Part shown: positions 1 through 10,389 of the stretch, piece by piece | Layout: every line of letters begins with the position of its first letter | Position numbering within the stretch: position 1 is the first letter of the stretch | From: Oscillospiraceae bacterium | GTDB taxonomy: Bacteria; Bacillota; Clostridia; Oscillospirales; Acutalibacteraceae | Direction of reading: 5' to 3' | Assembly: GCA_022650455.1 (NCBI GenBank) | Contig: JALCPO010000002.1 | Coordinates: 5,073-69,072 of the forward strand | Length of the DNA stretch: 64,000 nucleotides | Notes under the pieces: generated by a model | The model's input: the letters and a program-made list of their open reading frames with translations, nothing else | Told to the model about the DNA's origin: nothing | Databases searched by the model: none | Position numbers and translations under genes: made by a program

Positions 1-199
1 CCATGTTCAGCGCCGCGCGCGCGCGGCGGGCGATCTCGTCGGCGTCGGAAAACGCGCCGTGCCGCGGCTCCGGCGTTTCGGCACCGGAGTTTCCGGAAAC
101 CGGCTTCTGCCGGGACTCCCGCTCGTTCTGGATTTTTGCTTCGGCTAAAATCTCTTCAACAGAATAATCACTTTGCGGAACATCTCTGTTGTCTTTCAT
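1..199 (-). CDS. Hypothetical protein, N-terminal part only (runs off window)
   Basis: Own translation from ATG at 199: MKDNRDVPQSDYSVEEILAEAKIQNERESRQKP..., open to base 1; GGGAG RBS upstream; 17 nt downstream of rlmB stop. Confidence 0.6.
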   Translation of the reverse strand, partial: MKDNRDVPQSDYSVEEILAEAKIQNERESRQKPVSGNSGAETPEPRHGAFSDADEIARRARAALNM

Positions 200-216
200 T
201 CGGATCCGCTCCCGTA

Positions 217-990
217 TTATTTTGTCTTAATACCGTGCCGCTGCCGGACGATCTCATAGCAGATGATGCCGCACGCGACGGATGCATTAAGCGAATTTAT
301 CTTGCCCAGCATTGGCAGGGATATCACGAAATCCGCCTTTTCCCGGACCAGGCGGCTTACCCCGAACCCTTCCGAGCCGATGACCACGGCCGCCGGGCCG
401 GAAAAATCCGTGCCGCACCAGCTTTGGCCCTTGGGGTCCGCCGCGTAAATCCAGACGCCGCGTTTTTTCAGCTCGTCGATCGTGGCCGCGAGGTTCGCCA
501 CGCGCGCCACGGGAACATACTCCACCGCGCCCGCGCTCGCCTTTCCGACCGCCCAGGTCAGCCCGACGCTGCGCCGTTTGGGAATGACGACGCCGTGCGC
601 GCCGGCGCATTCCGCGACGCGCAGGACGGCGCCGAGGTTGTGGGGGTCTTCCAGCCCGTCGGCGAGAATCAGGAAGGGCGGTTCCCCCCGCTTTTGGGCG
701 AGGGCGAGGATCTCCTCGACGGACGCGTATTCTTTCGCCGCGGCGACCGCCGCCACACCCTGGTGGACGGCGCCGGCGCACAGATGGTTGAGCTTTTGGG
801 GGCTGGCTTCCTTGACGGGGATGTTCTTTTCCTTCGCTTGGGTGGTCAGCGCGGCGATGCTCCCCGAACGGTCGCCGCGCGCGACGTAAATACTGTCGAT
901 GGGGCGGCCGCTCCGCAGCGCTTCCGTGACGGCGTTCCGGCCCGCGATGACGCCTTCCGCCGACGTGCCTTTTTTTTCTTCCATCATCAT
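217..990 (-). CDS. rlmB: 23S rRNA (G2251-2'-O)-methyltransferase, TrmH/SpoU family
   Basis: GRNAVTEAL N-terminus, DGLEDPHNLGAVLR, IGSEGFG, INSLNASVA SPOUT motifs; start trimmed to ATG with GGGAG RBS. Confidence 0.95.
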   Translation of the reverse strand: MMMEEKKGTSAEGVIAGRNAVTEALRSGRPIDSIYVARGDRSGSIAALTTQAKEKNIPVKEASPQKLNHLCAGAVHQGVAAVAAAKEYASVEEILALAQKRGEPPFLILADGLEDPHNLGAVLRVAECAGAHGVVIPKRRSVGLTWAVGKASAGAVEYVPVARVANLAATIDELKKRGVWIYAADPKGQSWCGTDFSGPAAVVIGSEGFGVSRLVREKADFVISLPMLGKINSLNASVACGIICYEIVRQRHGIKTK

Positions 991-1431
991 ACAGGGACTC
1001 CCTAATTTTCCTTTTTGCTTTATTATATCACAAAACAAACGGATTCCATACAGAATGGGCCGGGAATTTTTCCCCGCCTTCGATCCTTTTCGACAAAAGG
1101 AGTTTTCCACCGCGTTGATGTTCCCATGAAGAATATACAGGCCGTTTTGCCGCACGGCCAAGCCGTTTATACGAACCGTATTTGCATCGGTTGACATAAA
1201 GCCGTGGAATACGCGGGAATTTCGGTGGAAAACTCTGTGGAGAATGTTGATAAGTCCAGTTGAGAAGGTCGCTCCGACGGTGGATTCAAAAAAATGCATA
1301 AGACATTATGTAAACCAAAATGAGGACTTATTCTTTACAGCCCGTATTGGCGGGTGGTTGAGGAAACGCGGCTTTCATGGTATAATGGCCGTAAAAAGGC
1401 GGCCTGGCGCCGGAAACGGGGCGGAATCGGA

Positions 1432-2220
1432 ATGAATATGGAAACTTTGGCCCAAACGCTGGACTGCGGCCAGTGCTTCCGGTGGAACCGGCTGCCCGAC
1501 GGTTCGTGGGACGGCATGGCCTGCGGCAGGCACCTGCGCATCACGGAGAAAAACCTGCCGGCCGTTCTGGACGACGGATTCTGGGCCGGGTATTTCGACA
1601 TGGGGCTGGATTACGGCGGCATCCGGAAGCGGTTCTGCACGATGGACCCGGCGCTGGCCCGGGCCGCGCGGTACGCGCCGGAGATGCGGATCCTGAACCA
1701 GGACCCGTGGGAAGCGCTCTGCTCGTTCATCCTTTCCCAGTGCAACAACATCAAGCGGATCAAGGGCATGGTTTCCCGCCTGTGTGCGGAATTCGGCAGG
1801 CCGGTGGAAGAAGGCCGCCGGGCGTTTCCGGCCGCGGAAACCCTGGCCGCAGCGCGGGAAGAGGACCTGCGGGCGCTGGGATGCGGGTTCCGCGCGGCTT
1901 ATGTGCTGGACGCGGCGCGCAAAGTCGCGTCCGGGGAAATCAACCTGGAGAAGGTCCGGCGGATGCCGCTGGAGGACGCGCGCGCGAAGCTGGCCGGGAT
2001 CCGGGGCGTGGGCCCGAAGGTCGCGGACTGCGCGCTGCTTTACGGCCTTCACCGCCTGGACGCCTTTCCCATGGACGTGTGGATGAAACGCGTCATGCAG
2101 ACGCTGTTTCCGGGGAAAAAACCGGCGTGGTTCGGCCCTTACGCGGGGATTGCGCAGCAGTATCTTTTCCATTACGGCCGCAATCATCCGGAGCTGTTTC
2201 GCGGAAAGCGCAATCAATAA
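1432..2220 (+). CDS. HhH-GPD DNA glycosylase (8-oxoguanine glycosylase Ogg / AlkA-like)
   Basis: TLDCGQCFRW, ILNQDPWEALCSFILSQCNNI, HhH motif GIRGVGPKVADC, AFPMDVWM. Confidence 0.9.
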   Translation: MNMETLAQTLDCGQCFRWNRLPDGSWDGMACGRHLRITEKNLPAVLDDGFWAGYFDMGLDYGGIRKRFCTMDPALARAARYAPEMRILNQDPWEALCSFILSQCNNIKRIKGMVSRLCAEFGRPVEEGRRAFPAAETLAAAREEDLRALGCGFRAAYVLDAARKVASGEINLEKVRRMPLEDARAKLAGIRGVGPKVADCALLYGLHRLDAFPMDVWMKRVMQTLFPGKKPAWFGPYAGIAQQYLFHYGRNHPELFRGKRNQ

Positions 2221-2302
2221 TTTTTTAACGATCTTCCCTTTATCTTTTTACGGGAATGCGGTATAATAAAGGCAAATCATGATAGATTAGGAGTGACAGC
2301 CA

Positions 2303-3244
2303 ATGTCGTTGGTCAATACCAAGGAAATATTTAAAAAGGCCTATGCCGGCGGATATGCGATCGGCGCGTTCAACGTCAACAACATGGAAATCGTGCAGGG
2401 CATCACCGAGGCGGCTTCCGAGCTGAAAGCGCCGGTGATCCTCCAGGCTTCCGCGGGCGCGCGCAAATACGCCACCCACACCTACCTGGTCAAGATGGTC
2501 GAGGCTGCGGTCATCGAGCATCCGGAGATCCCGATCGTCCTGCACCTGGACCACGGCCCGTCCTACGAGGTCTGCAGGGACTGCGTGGACGGCGGCTTCA
2601 CTTCCGTTATGTTCGACGGCTCCGCCAAGCCGTATGAGGAGAACGTGGAGGAAACCCGCAAGGTTGTGGAATACGCGCACAAGTACAACGTGACGGTGGA
2701 AGCCGAGCTCGGCAAGCTCGCCGGGATCGAGGACGCCGTGAACGTGGACGCGGACAAGGCCCAGTTCACCGACCCGAACGAGGTGCAGGACTTTGTTCAG
2801 AAGACCGGCGTCGACTCCCTTGCCATCGCCATCGGCACCAGCCACGGCGCCTACAAGTTCAAACCCGGCCAGAAGCCGCAGCTCCGGTTTGACATCCTCA
2901 AGGAAGTTTCCGACCGTCTGCCGGGCTTCCCCATCGTCCTGCACGGCGCTTCCTCCGTTCCGCAGGAATTCGTCAAGATGGTCAACCAGTACGGCGGCAA
3001 GATGCCGGACGCCATCGGAATTCCGGAGGAGATGCTCCGCAAGGCCGCGACCATGGCGGTGTGCAAGATCAACGTCGACTCCGACCTGCGCCTTGCCATG
3101 ACCGGCAGCGTCCGGAAGCACTTCGTCGAGCATCCGGACCACTTCGACCCGCGCCAGTATCTCGGCGACGGCCGCGCGGCGATCAAGGCTTTGGTGGAGC
3201 ACAAGATCAACACGGTTCTCGGCTGCGCGGGGAAAGCGGACTGA
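2303..3244 (+). CDS. fba: Class II fructose-1,6-bisphosphate aldolase
   Basis: AFNVNNME, LHLDHG, GFTSVMFDGS, AIGTSHGAYK, VLHGASS, KINVDSD; AGGAG RBS. Confidence 0.97.
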   Translation: MSLVNTKEIFKKAYAGGYAIGAFNVNNMEIVQGITEAASELKAPVILQASAGARKYATHTYLVKMVEAAVIEHPEIPIVLHLDHGPSYEVCRDCVDGGFTSVMFDGSAKPYEENVEETRKVVEYAHKYNVTVEAELGKLAGIEDAVNVDADKAQFTDPNEVQDFVQKTGVDSLAIAIGTSHGAYKFKPGQKPQLRFDILKEVSDRLPGFPIVLHGASSVPQEFVKMVNQYGGKMPDAIGIPEEMLRKAATMAVCKINVDSDLRLAMTGSVRKHFVEHPDHFDPRQYLGDGRAAIKALVEHKINTVLGCAGKAD

Positions 3245-3305
3245 GTTTACGTGCCCGTCCCGCTTGTTCAGCGGGGCCAAAAAACAGATGTGTTTGTCAT
3301 TCGTT

Positions 3306-3339
3306 GGCGGGACTGCGAAAAGCAGCTCCCGCCTTTTTT
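3306..3339 (+). terminator. Intrinsic terminator after fba
   Basis: GGCGGGA-CTGC/GCAG-C-TCCCGCC stem followed by T6; a second hairpin plus T-tract lies at 3394-3427. Confidence 0.75.
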
Positions 3340-3654
3340 ATGATACTGCGGTTTGCAGCCAAGGAACGGGTATGCCGGCACAGGGATGCCCGGAAGCGTT
3401 CCCCGCGCGTTGGGGGAACGCTTTTTTGATGAGGGAAAAGAGGGAGCGGCCGCCGCGGGCACGAAGCGCCCCACGCCCGTTTTTCGGCAGAATTCATAAA
3501 TTTGGAATGTTAGAATTGGAAGGGAAATGGGAAAAACAGGAAATTTCCGCATTGTAATTTTTGTAAGAACAAGCTATAATTATCATAAAATTGGTTGCAC
3601 AATTGTATGATTTTTATAATTGCTATTTTTCAACTCGGAAAGGAGCTGTTTCTG

Positions 3655-5730
3655 GTGAAACAATATGAAGCGGGAAAAATACGGAACATCGCGCTGGCGG
3701 GCCACAGCGGCGCGGGAAAGACGAGCCTGGCCGAAGCGATGCTGTTTCTTTCCGGCGCGTCCGGCCGGCTGGGGAAGGTCGCCGAGGGAAGCACCGTGAC
3801 CGATTTCGACCCGGAAGAAATCCGACGGAAAACATCCGTGGCGACGGCGGCGGCTCCTCTGGAGTGGAAAAATACCAAGATCAACCTGCTGGACGCGCCC
3901 GGCCTTTTCGATTTCGAGGGCGGCCTGTGCGAGGCGGTCCGCGCGGCGGATTCCGTCCTGATTACGATTTCGGGCCGGGACGGCGTGGACGTGGGGACGG
4001 AAAAGGCTGCGGCCGCGGCGGACAGAAGCGGCCTTTCCAAAATTTTTTTCGTGAACGGCCTCTGCGACGAGAGCGCCGATTTTTATAAGGTCTTTGAGAA
4101 TTTAAAGGCGTATTTCGGCCCGTCCGTCTGCCCGGTGGTGGTTCCCTATATCCAGGACGGCAGGGCCAACATCTATGTGAACGTGCTGGAATACAAGGCC
4201 TACGAATACCACGGCGGCAAGGCGGTGGATGTGAAGATGCCCGACATGGGCGCCCGGCTGGACGGCCTGCGCACCGCCATCTATGAAGCGGTGGCCGAGA
4301 CGAGCGACGAAATGTTTGAAAAATATTTTTCCGGCGAGCAGTTCACGCCGGAGGAAGTGATCGTCGGCATCAGCGAAGGGGTGAAGTCCGGCGCGGTCTC
4401 CCCGGTTTTCTGCGGGGACGCGCTGCTCCTGAACGGGATCGACCAGCTTTTGAACGGGCTTGTGTGGCTCGCGCCCGCGGCGCGGGACAAGGCGGCGGAA
4501 ACCGGGGTGGATGCCGACGGAAATCCGGTGGAGATCGGCGCGGACGAAAACGCGCTTCCCGCCGCCGTCGTGTTCAAAACCGTGGCGGATCCGTTCATCG
4601 GCAAGCTTTCCTACCTCAAGGCGGTTTCCGGGAAGATCTCCGGCGAGAGCCAGCTTGTCGACATGCGCACGGGCGAGCCGGTGCGCGTCGGCAAAACGCT
4701 GGCCGTGTGCGGCAAAAAGCAGGAGGACGTCCCGTATATCGGCGCGGGGGACATCGGCGCGGTCCCGAAGCTCCAGGGGGTAAAGACGGGAGATACGCTC
4801 TGCTCGCCCGCCCTCAGGGTGAGGCTGGCGGGGGTGGACTACCCCAGCCCGACCCTTTCCATGGCGGTTGTGCCGAAGAACCGGGGCGAGGAGGATAAAG
4901 CGGCGCAGGGCATTGTGCGGCTGGAAGAGGAAGACCCTACCATCCGGTTCCGGACGAACCGGGAAACGCACCAGATGATCCTTTCCGGCATGGGGGAGCA
5001 GCACCTGGACGTTGTGGCGGCAAGGCTGAAGAAAAAGTTCGGCGTGGAGATCGCGCTGGAAAAGCCGCGCATCGCCTACCGCGAGACCATCCGCAAAAGG
5101 GTGCGGGTGCAGGGGAAGTACAAAAAGCAGACCGGCGGGCACGGCCAGTACGGCGACGTATGGGTCGAGTTCGAGCCCTGCGGCGGTGGGGAAATGGAGT
5201 TCGGGGAGCGCGTGGTGGGGGGCGCGGTTCCGAAAAACTTTTTCCCCGCCGTGGAAAAGGGGCTGCGCGAGAGCGCCGCAAAGGGGCCGCTGGCCGGGTA
5301 CCCGGTCGTCGGTCTGCGCGCGACGCTGTACGACGGCTCCTACCACCCGGTCGATTCTTCCGAAATGGCGTTTAAAATGGCGGCAAACCTCGCTTATAAA
5401 GCCGGGATGCCGCAGGCGGGCCCGGTGCTTCTGGAGCCCATAGGGCTGCTGAAATGCACCGTGCCGGACAGCTGCATGGGGGATGTCATGGGGGAGATCA
5501 ACAAGCGCCGCGGGCGGGTGCTCGGCATGAACCCGGCCGGCAAGGGGACGCAGACCATTGAGGCGGAGGCGCCCGAGGCCGAAATGCACGATTTCAGCAC
5601 TTACCTGCGGCAGGCGGCGCAGGGGAGGGGGTCCTTTGCGTTTGAATTCGCGCGCTATGAGGAAACGCCGCCGCAGGTTGCCCGGAAGGTGATGGAGGAA
5701 GCGAAGAAAGTCCAGGGAAGCGAAACGTGA
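3655..5730 (+). CDS. Elongation factor G paralog (FusA2/EF-G2-like) with non-canonical GTPase motifs
   Basis: GHSGAGKTSL P-loop, EEDPT, GMGEQHL, IAYRETI, KKQTGGHGQYGDV, GSYHPVDSSEMAF; GTG start behind AGGAG; TTGTAA-17-TATAAT promoter at 3552-3580. Confidence 0.93.
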   Translation: MKQYEAGKIRNIALAGHSGAGKTSLAEAMLFLSGASGRLGKVAEGSTVTDFDPEEIRRKTSVATAAAPLEWKNTKINLLDAPGLFDFEGGLCEAVRAADSVLITISGRDGVDVGTEKAAAAADRSGLSKIFFVNGLCDESADFYKVFENLKAYFGPSVCPVVVPYIQDGRANIYVNVLEYKAYEYHGGKAVDVKMPDMGARLDGLRTAIYEAVAETSDEMFEKYFSGEQFTPEEVIVGISEGVKSGAVSPVFCGDALLLNGIDQLLNGLVWLAPAARDKAAETGVDADGNPVEIGADENALPAAVVFKTVADPFIGKLSYLKAVSGKISGESQLVDMRTGEPVRVGKTLAVCGKKQEDVPYIGAGDIGAVPKLQGVKTGDTLCSPALRVRLAGVDYPSPTLSMAVVPKNRGEEDKAAQGIVRLEEEDPTIRFRTNRETHQMILSGMGEQHLDVVAARLKKKFGVEIALEKPRIAYRETIRKRVRVQGKYKKQTGGHGQYGDVWVEFEPCGGGEMEFGERVVGGAVPKNFFPAVEKGLRESAAKGPLAGYPVVGLRATLYDGSYHPVDSSEMAFKMAANLAYKAGMPQAGPVLLEPIGLLKCTVPDSCMGDVMGEINKRRGRVLGMNPAGKGTQTIEAEAPEAEMHDFSTYLRQAAQGRGSFAFEFARYEETPPQVARKVMEEAKKVQGSET

Positions 5731-5796
5731 ATTTTTGCTTCCGCCCCGGCATATCTATTCCATAAGGAACCGGATTTTGTTGAGGGGGCGGAGCCT

Positions 5797-6432
5797 ATGT
5801 TTGTCCTGTCTGTCAAGCACAACCGTAAAAAAACGATTTGCGTCCTGGCGGCGCTGCTTATGGCCGTCACGGCCGTGATTGCGCTGTCGGCCCTGCACGG
5901 CGCGCCTCCGCAGGCCGTCTGCTCCGGGAAAACATACTCGCTTTCCGCCGCGACCAACGAGGAGCGCGTCGCATTTTTCAAGCAGTTCGGCTGGGAAGTG
6001 AAAAGCGAGCCGGTCAGCTCGGGAAAAATCACCATCCCCGAAAAGTTCGACGACGTCTACACCGAGTACAACAACATCCAGAAGGAGCAGGGGCTGGATC
6101 TGCTCCCTTACGCGGGCAAAACGGTGGAGCAGTGGATTTATGACGTGACCAACTACCCTCAGCAGGAAACCATGCGCGGCACCATCCTGGTTTATAACGG
6201 CAGGGTGATCGGCGGCGATCTGTGCACGCCGGCGCTCGACGGGTTCATGACGGGCTTTGAAGGCCAGGTGGAGAGCAAGGATTACAGCGTGGGACGCCCC
6301 GCGCTGGCGCGCAGCAGCACCGGAGCGCTGACGGATGGCTCCTCCGCTTCCGCCGCTCAGAAATCCTCCGTCCCGGAAGCGAAAAAACAGGCATCCTCCG
6401 CCATCCCGGCGAACGCCTGGCCGACGGATTGA
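5797..6432 (+). CDS. DUF4830-like membrane-anchored protein
   Basis: N-terminal TM helix, then TNEERVAFFKQFGWEV...IPEKFDDVYTEYNNIQKEQGLDLLPYAGK pattern recalled for DUF4830. Confidence 0.7.
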   Translation: MFVLSVKHNRKKTICVLAALLMAVTAVIALSALHGAPPQAVCSGKTYSLSAATNEERVAFFKQFGWEVKSEPVSSGKITIPEKFDDVYTEYNNIQKEQGLDLLPYAGKTVEQWIYDVTNYPQQETMRGTILVYNGRVIGGDLCTPALDGFMTGFEGQVESKDYSVGRPALARSSTGALTDGSSASAAQKSSVPEAKKQASSAIPANAWPTD

Positions 6433-6522
6433 ATTTTTTGCGGGGAACGGCTATACTGAACAGGACAGCCGGCGGCGCGGACACGCCGCCGGCAATTTCG
6501 GAATCCCGGGCGGTGGAGACGG

Positions 6523-7254
6523 ATGAAAAAGGAAAGGCTCGATAAAATACTTTCTTCCCAGAATATCGGCACCCGGCGCGAAGCAGACGGCATCATCCGG
6601 GCCGGGCGGGTTTCGGTCAACGGGGCCGTGGAGCGCAGGCCGGCGTTCCGGACGGATGCGGATACCGACAGCATCGCGCTGGACGGGGCCCCGCTGACGG
6701 TGAAGCGGCACCTTTACCTGATGATGAACAAGCCTTCGGGGGTTCTGTCCGCGTCGCGGGACCCGTCCGCGCGCACCGTGGTGGATCTGCTGCCGCGGCC
6801 GTGGCGCCGCCGCGGGATCTTTCCCGCCGGAAGGCTGGACAAGGACACCGAAGGCCTGCTGATCCTGACGGACGACGGGAACTTCGCGCACCGGATGCTC
6901 GCCCCGAAAAGCCATGTGGCCAAGTGGTATGAGGCGAGGCTGGCTTCGCCGGTGACGGACGCCGACGCGCCGGCGTTCCGCTCCGGCGTGGAGCTTTCCG
7001 ACCGGGCCTGCCTTCCCGCGGAGCTGAGCGTTCTGGAAGGCGGCGCGGAACCGCTGGTGCTGGTGAAGATCCGCGAGGGAAAATACCACCAGGTGAAACG
7101 GATGTTCCTCGCGCGGGGCAACCGCGTCCTGGCCCTTCGGCGCGTCCGGATCGGGGGCTTGGAGCTTGACCCGCGCCTGGGGGTCGGGCAGGCGCGGGAA
7201 CTGGAAACCCGCGAAAGGGAAGCGGTTTTTACCGGCCCGGTTTTACAAAAGTAA
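6523..7254 (+). CDS. rRNA pseudouridine synthase, RsuA/RluB family
   Basis: S4-like start ERLDKILS, MMNKPSG, GRLDKDTEGLLILT catalytic motif, EGKYHQVKRMF. Confidence 0.93.
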   Translation: MKKERLDKILSSQNIGTRREADGIIRAGRVSVNGAVERRPAFRTDADTDSIALDGAPLTVKRHLYLMMNKPSGVLSASRDPSARTVVDLLPRPWRRRGIFPAGRLDKDTEGLLILTDDGNFAHRMLAPKSHVAKWYEARLASPVTDADAPAFRSGVELSDRACLPAELSVLEGGAEPLVLVKIREGKYHQVKRMFLARGNRVLALRRVRIGGLELDPRLGVGQARELETREREAVFTGPVLQK

Positions 7255-7442
7255 ACGAAAATTTTAATTTGTTTTTGTGATTTATCGGAATTCCATAAAG
7301 TCGCGAAATTAAATTTGGGTAAAAAGAGTCTGTTCTTCGCCGCCCGGTTCTGGTATCATGAGATTGCCTTTCGAAGATGCACCGCAGGGTGTGCCTGCGT
7401 GCGAAAGTATTTCAAAAAGTATGGATTAGCAGGAGGTTTATT

Positions 7443-8555
7443 ATGGCAAGCGTAACACTAAAACATGTCTATAAGGTCTATGACGGGAACGTTACGGCCG
7501 TGTCGGACTTCAGCCTGGAAGTAGCGGACAAGGAATTCGTGATCCTCGTCGGGCCTTCCGGATGCGGAAAATCCACGACGCTCCGCATGATCGCCGGCCT
7601 GGAGGAAATTACAAAAGGGGAGCTTTACATCGGCGACACGCTCGCCAACGACGTGGCCCCGAAGGACCGCGATATCGCGATGGTGTTCCAGAACTACGCC
7701 CTTTACCCGCACATGACGGTCTTCGACAACATGGCGTTCGGCCTGAAGCTGCGCAAGGTTCCGAAGGACGAGATCAAGCGCCGTGTGGAAGAGGCCGCGA
7801 AGATCCTCGACATTTCCCATCTGCTCGACCGGAAGCCGAAAGCCCTTTCCGGCGGCCAGAGGCAGCGTGTTGCGCTGGGGCGCGCCATCGTCCGCAACCC
7901 GAAGGTCTTCCTTCTGGATGAGCCGCTCTCCAACCTGGACGCGAAGCTGCGCGCGCAGATGAGGACCGAGATCTCCAAGCTGCACCAGCGCCTGGGCACG
8001 ACCTTCATCTATGTTACGCACGACCAGACCGAAGCCATGACGATGGCCGACCGCATCGTCGTGATGAAAGACGGGTTGATCCAGCAGGTGGATACGCCGC
8101 AGAACCTGTACGATGTCCCGGTCAACGAATTCGTCGCAGGGTTCATGGGTTCCCCGCAGATGAACTTCCTCGACGGCACCGTCAACAAGGAAGGCGCCGA
8201 CTATGTGTTCCATTTCGGCCAGTACGGCATCAAGATCCCCGCGGCAAAGAACAAGGACGACGTCCTGAAGGATTATGACGGCAAGAATGTTGTTCTCGGC
8301 ATCCGCCCGGAGAATGTCCACGACGAGCCGGATTTCCTCTCCAAAGTCACCGAAGGAATCGTCGAGGCCGACGTGGAGGTAACGGAACTGATGGGCTCCG
8401 AAACCTATCTTTACCTGACCTGCGAGGGCAATGCGATCACTGCGCGCGTCGACCCGACTTCCACCGCGAAGACGGGCGACCGGATCAAGATTGCGTTTGA
8501 CCTTGCCAAGATGCATCTGTTCGACAAGGAGACCGAGAAGACGATCCTGAACTGA
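7443..8555 (+). CDS. msmX: Sugar ABC transporter ATP-binding subunit (MsmX/UgpC/MalK type)
   Basis: Walker A GPSGCGKST, IAMVFQNYALYPHM, LSGGQRQRVALGRA, DEPLSNLD, TOBE C-terminus; AGGAGG RBS. Confidence 0.92.
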   Translation: MASVTLKHVYKVYDGNVTAVSDFSLEVADKEFVILVGPSGCGKSTTLRMIAGLEEITKGELYIGDTLANDVAPKDRDIAMVFQNYALYPHMTVFDNMAFGLKLRKVPKDEIKRRVEEAAKILDISHLLDRKPKALSGGQRQRVALGRAIVRNPKVFLLDEPLSNLDAKLRAQMRTEISKLHQRLGTTFIYVTHDQTEAMTMADRIVVMKDGLIQQVDTPQNLYDVPVNEFVAGFMGSPQMNFLDGTVNKEGADYVFHFGQYGIKIPAAKNKDDVLKDYDGKNVVLGIRPENVHDEPDFLSKVTEGIVEADVEVTELMGSETYLYLTCEGNAITARVDPTSTAKTGDRIKIAFDLAKMHLFDKETEKTILN

Positions 8556-8565
8556 TGAACATACG

Positions 8566-8639
8566 AAAAAACGGGCTGTGCCTTTCGCGCAGCCCGTTTT
8601 TATTTGAAAAAGGGAGCCCGGCATCGCCGGGGCTCCCTT
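8566..8639. terminator. Two tandem hairpins between convergent msmX and mreB (bidirectional termination)
   Basis: AAAAAACGGGCTG...CAGCCCGTTTTT and AAGGGAGCCC...GGGCTCCCTT. Confidence 0.75.
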
Positions 8640-8648
8640 CGATCCGTT

Positions 8649-9671
8649 TTATTTTTTGGATGATTTCTGCGCCTTATAATAAGAGGAAGGCATGTTGACG
8701 TCCAGCTGCTTGCCGGCGCCGTTGACCACGCAGTCGAGCGGATTCTCCGCCACATGGACGGGCATGCCGGTTTCCTGCTCGACCAGTTTGTCCAGTCCGC
8801 GCAGAAGCGCGCCGCCGCCGGTCAGCATGATGCCGTGGTCGATGATATCCGCCGAAAGCTCCGGGGGGGTTTTTTCCAGCGTGCTCTTGATGGCGTCTAT
8901 GATGAGCATGAGCGGGTCGGTGAGGGCTTCGCGGACTTCGGCCGCCGTGATGGTGACGTTTTTCGGCAGGCCGTCCACAAGGTTGCGGCCCTTGATTTCG
9001 ACCGACGCGCTTTCGTTGTCTTCGGTGGGGAAGGCGGAGCCGATTTTGATCTTGATTTCTTCCGCGGTGCGTTCGCCGATGAGGAGGTTGTACTTTTTCT
9101 TGACATAGGAGATGATCGACTCGTCGAATTTATCCCCCGCGCAGCGGACCGAAACGGAGGTGACGATGTCGCCGAGGGAAATGACGGCGACCTCCGCCGT
9201 GCCGCCGCCGATGTCGACCACCATGCTGCCGGTCGGCTCGGAAACCGGAAGTCCGGCGCCGATGGCGGCCGCCATGGGTTCCTCAATCAGCTCCACGTTG
9301 CTCGCGCCGGCCTGGCGGGCCGCGTCTTCCACCGCGCGGCGCTCCACCTCCGTTACGCCCGAGGGGATGCAGATGATGATGTGCGGCTTGGAGAACGCGC
9401 TTGACTTGACCGCCTGCTTGATGAAATGCTTCAGCATGGTCGCCGTGATGTCGAAATCCGCGATCACGCCGTCCTTCATCGGACGCACCGCCACAATTGA
9501 CCCCGGCGTGCGGCCGATCATCTCCTTGGCGTGCCTGCCGACCTCGAGGACGGTGTCCGTCCGGACATCCACCGCCACGACGGAAGGCTCGCGCATCACG
9601 ATCCCTTTCCCTTTCATGAAAACCAGCGTGTTGGCGGTCCCGAGGTCAATGCCTATATCTTTTGAAAACAT
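8649..9671 (-). CDS. mreB: Rod shape-determining protein MreB/Mbl
   Basis: [51 protein letters not shown]. Confidence 0.96.
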   Translation of the reverse strand: MFSKDIGIDLGTANTLVFMKGKGIVMREPSVVAVDVRTDTVLEVGRHAKEMIGRTPGSIVAVRPMKDGVIADFDITATMLKHFIKQAVKSSAFSKPHIIICIPSGVTEVERRAVEDAARQAGASNVELIEEPMAAAIGAGLPVSEPTGSMVVDIGGGTAEVAVISLGDIVTSVSVRCAGDKFDESIISYVKKKYNLLIGERTAEEIKIKIGSAFPTEDNESASVEIKGRNLVDGLPKNVTITAAEVREALTDPLMLIIDAIKSTLEKTPPELSADIIDHGIMLTGGGALLRGLDKLVEQETGMPVHVAENPLDCVVNGAGKQLDVNMPSSYYKAQKSSKK

Positions 9672-9815
9672 CGGTTTATTTTCCCCTTTCCGGTTTTTCT
9701 GCAACTGAAAGCCGCAAAACTCCTCTGAACGTAAAATTCACAGTCTTTATTATAACCCCAACCGTGCGGATACTCAATAACAAAAATACGGATTTTCCGC
9801 GCTTTTGCGCATATT

Positions 9816-10379
9816 TTATTCGCCGGATTTCTTCAGGCCGGCGAGGATCCGGCTGATTTTTGCGATGGGGAGCCCCACGATGTTGTAAAAATCGCCGTTG
9901 ATCCGTTTGACGAACAGGGCGCCCCGGCCCTGGATGCCGTACGCGCCCGCCTTGTCGAGCGGTTCGCCCGTGGCGACGTATGCGTCGATCTCCTTCGGGC
10001 TCAGGACGTAGAACTCGACGGAGGTGACCTCGTGCCCGCACACGAATTTTTCCCCGCGGATGACGGTATAGCCGGTATAAACCTGATGCACGTTTCCGGA
10101 CAAAAGCTTCAGCATGGCTTTTGCCGCCGCTTCGTCTTTCGGCTTGCCCAGGACGCGCCCTTTCAGCACGACGACCGTGTCCGCTGCGAGGACCGTGCCG
10201 TCCGGGTGCCGTTTGGCGACGGCACGAGCCTTGCGGGCGGAAAGCTGCTCCACAATCTGCATGGGCGGCGTGCCGCGCAGGACCGTTTCGCTGACGCCGG
10301 CGGGCTCGGCCGTAAACTCGAACCCCGCTTTCGTCAGGAGTTCGCTGCGCCTGGGGGACGACGATGCAAGAAACAACAT
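9816..10379 (-). CDS. maf: Maf nucleotide pyrophosphatase
   Basis: LASSSPRR, LAADTVV, GEPLDKAGAYGIQG, NIVGLP. Confidence 0.95.
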   Translation of the reverse strand: MLFLASSSPRRSELLTKAGFEFTAEPAGVSETVLRGTPPMQIVEQLSARKARAVAKRHPDGTVLAADTVVVLKGRVLGKPKDEAAAKAMLKLLSGNVHQVYTGYTVIRGEKFVCGHEVTSVEFYVLSPKEIDAYVATGEPLDKAGAYGIQGRGALFVKRINGDFYNIVGLPIAKISRILAGLKKSGE

Positions 10380-10389
10380 GGCTGGATCC

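Noticed and set aside
1000-1430. Calling this region oriC
   Set aside because: No perfect DnaA box, no DnaA-trio unwinding element and no dnaA/dnaN nearby; kept only as a possible DnaA-box cluster
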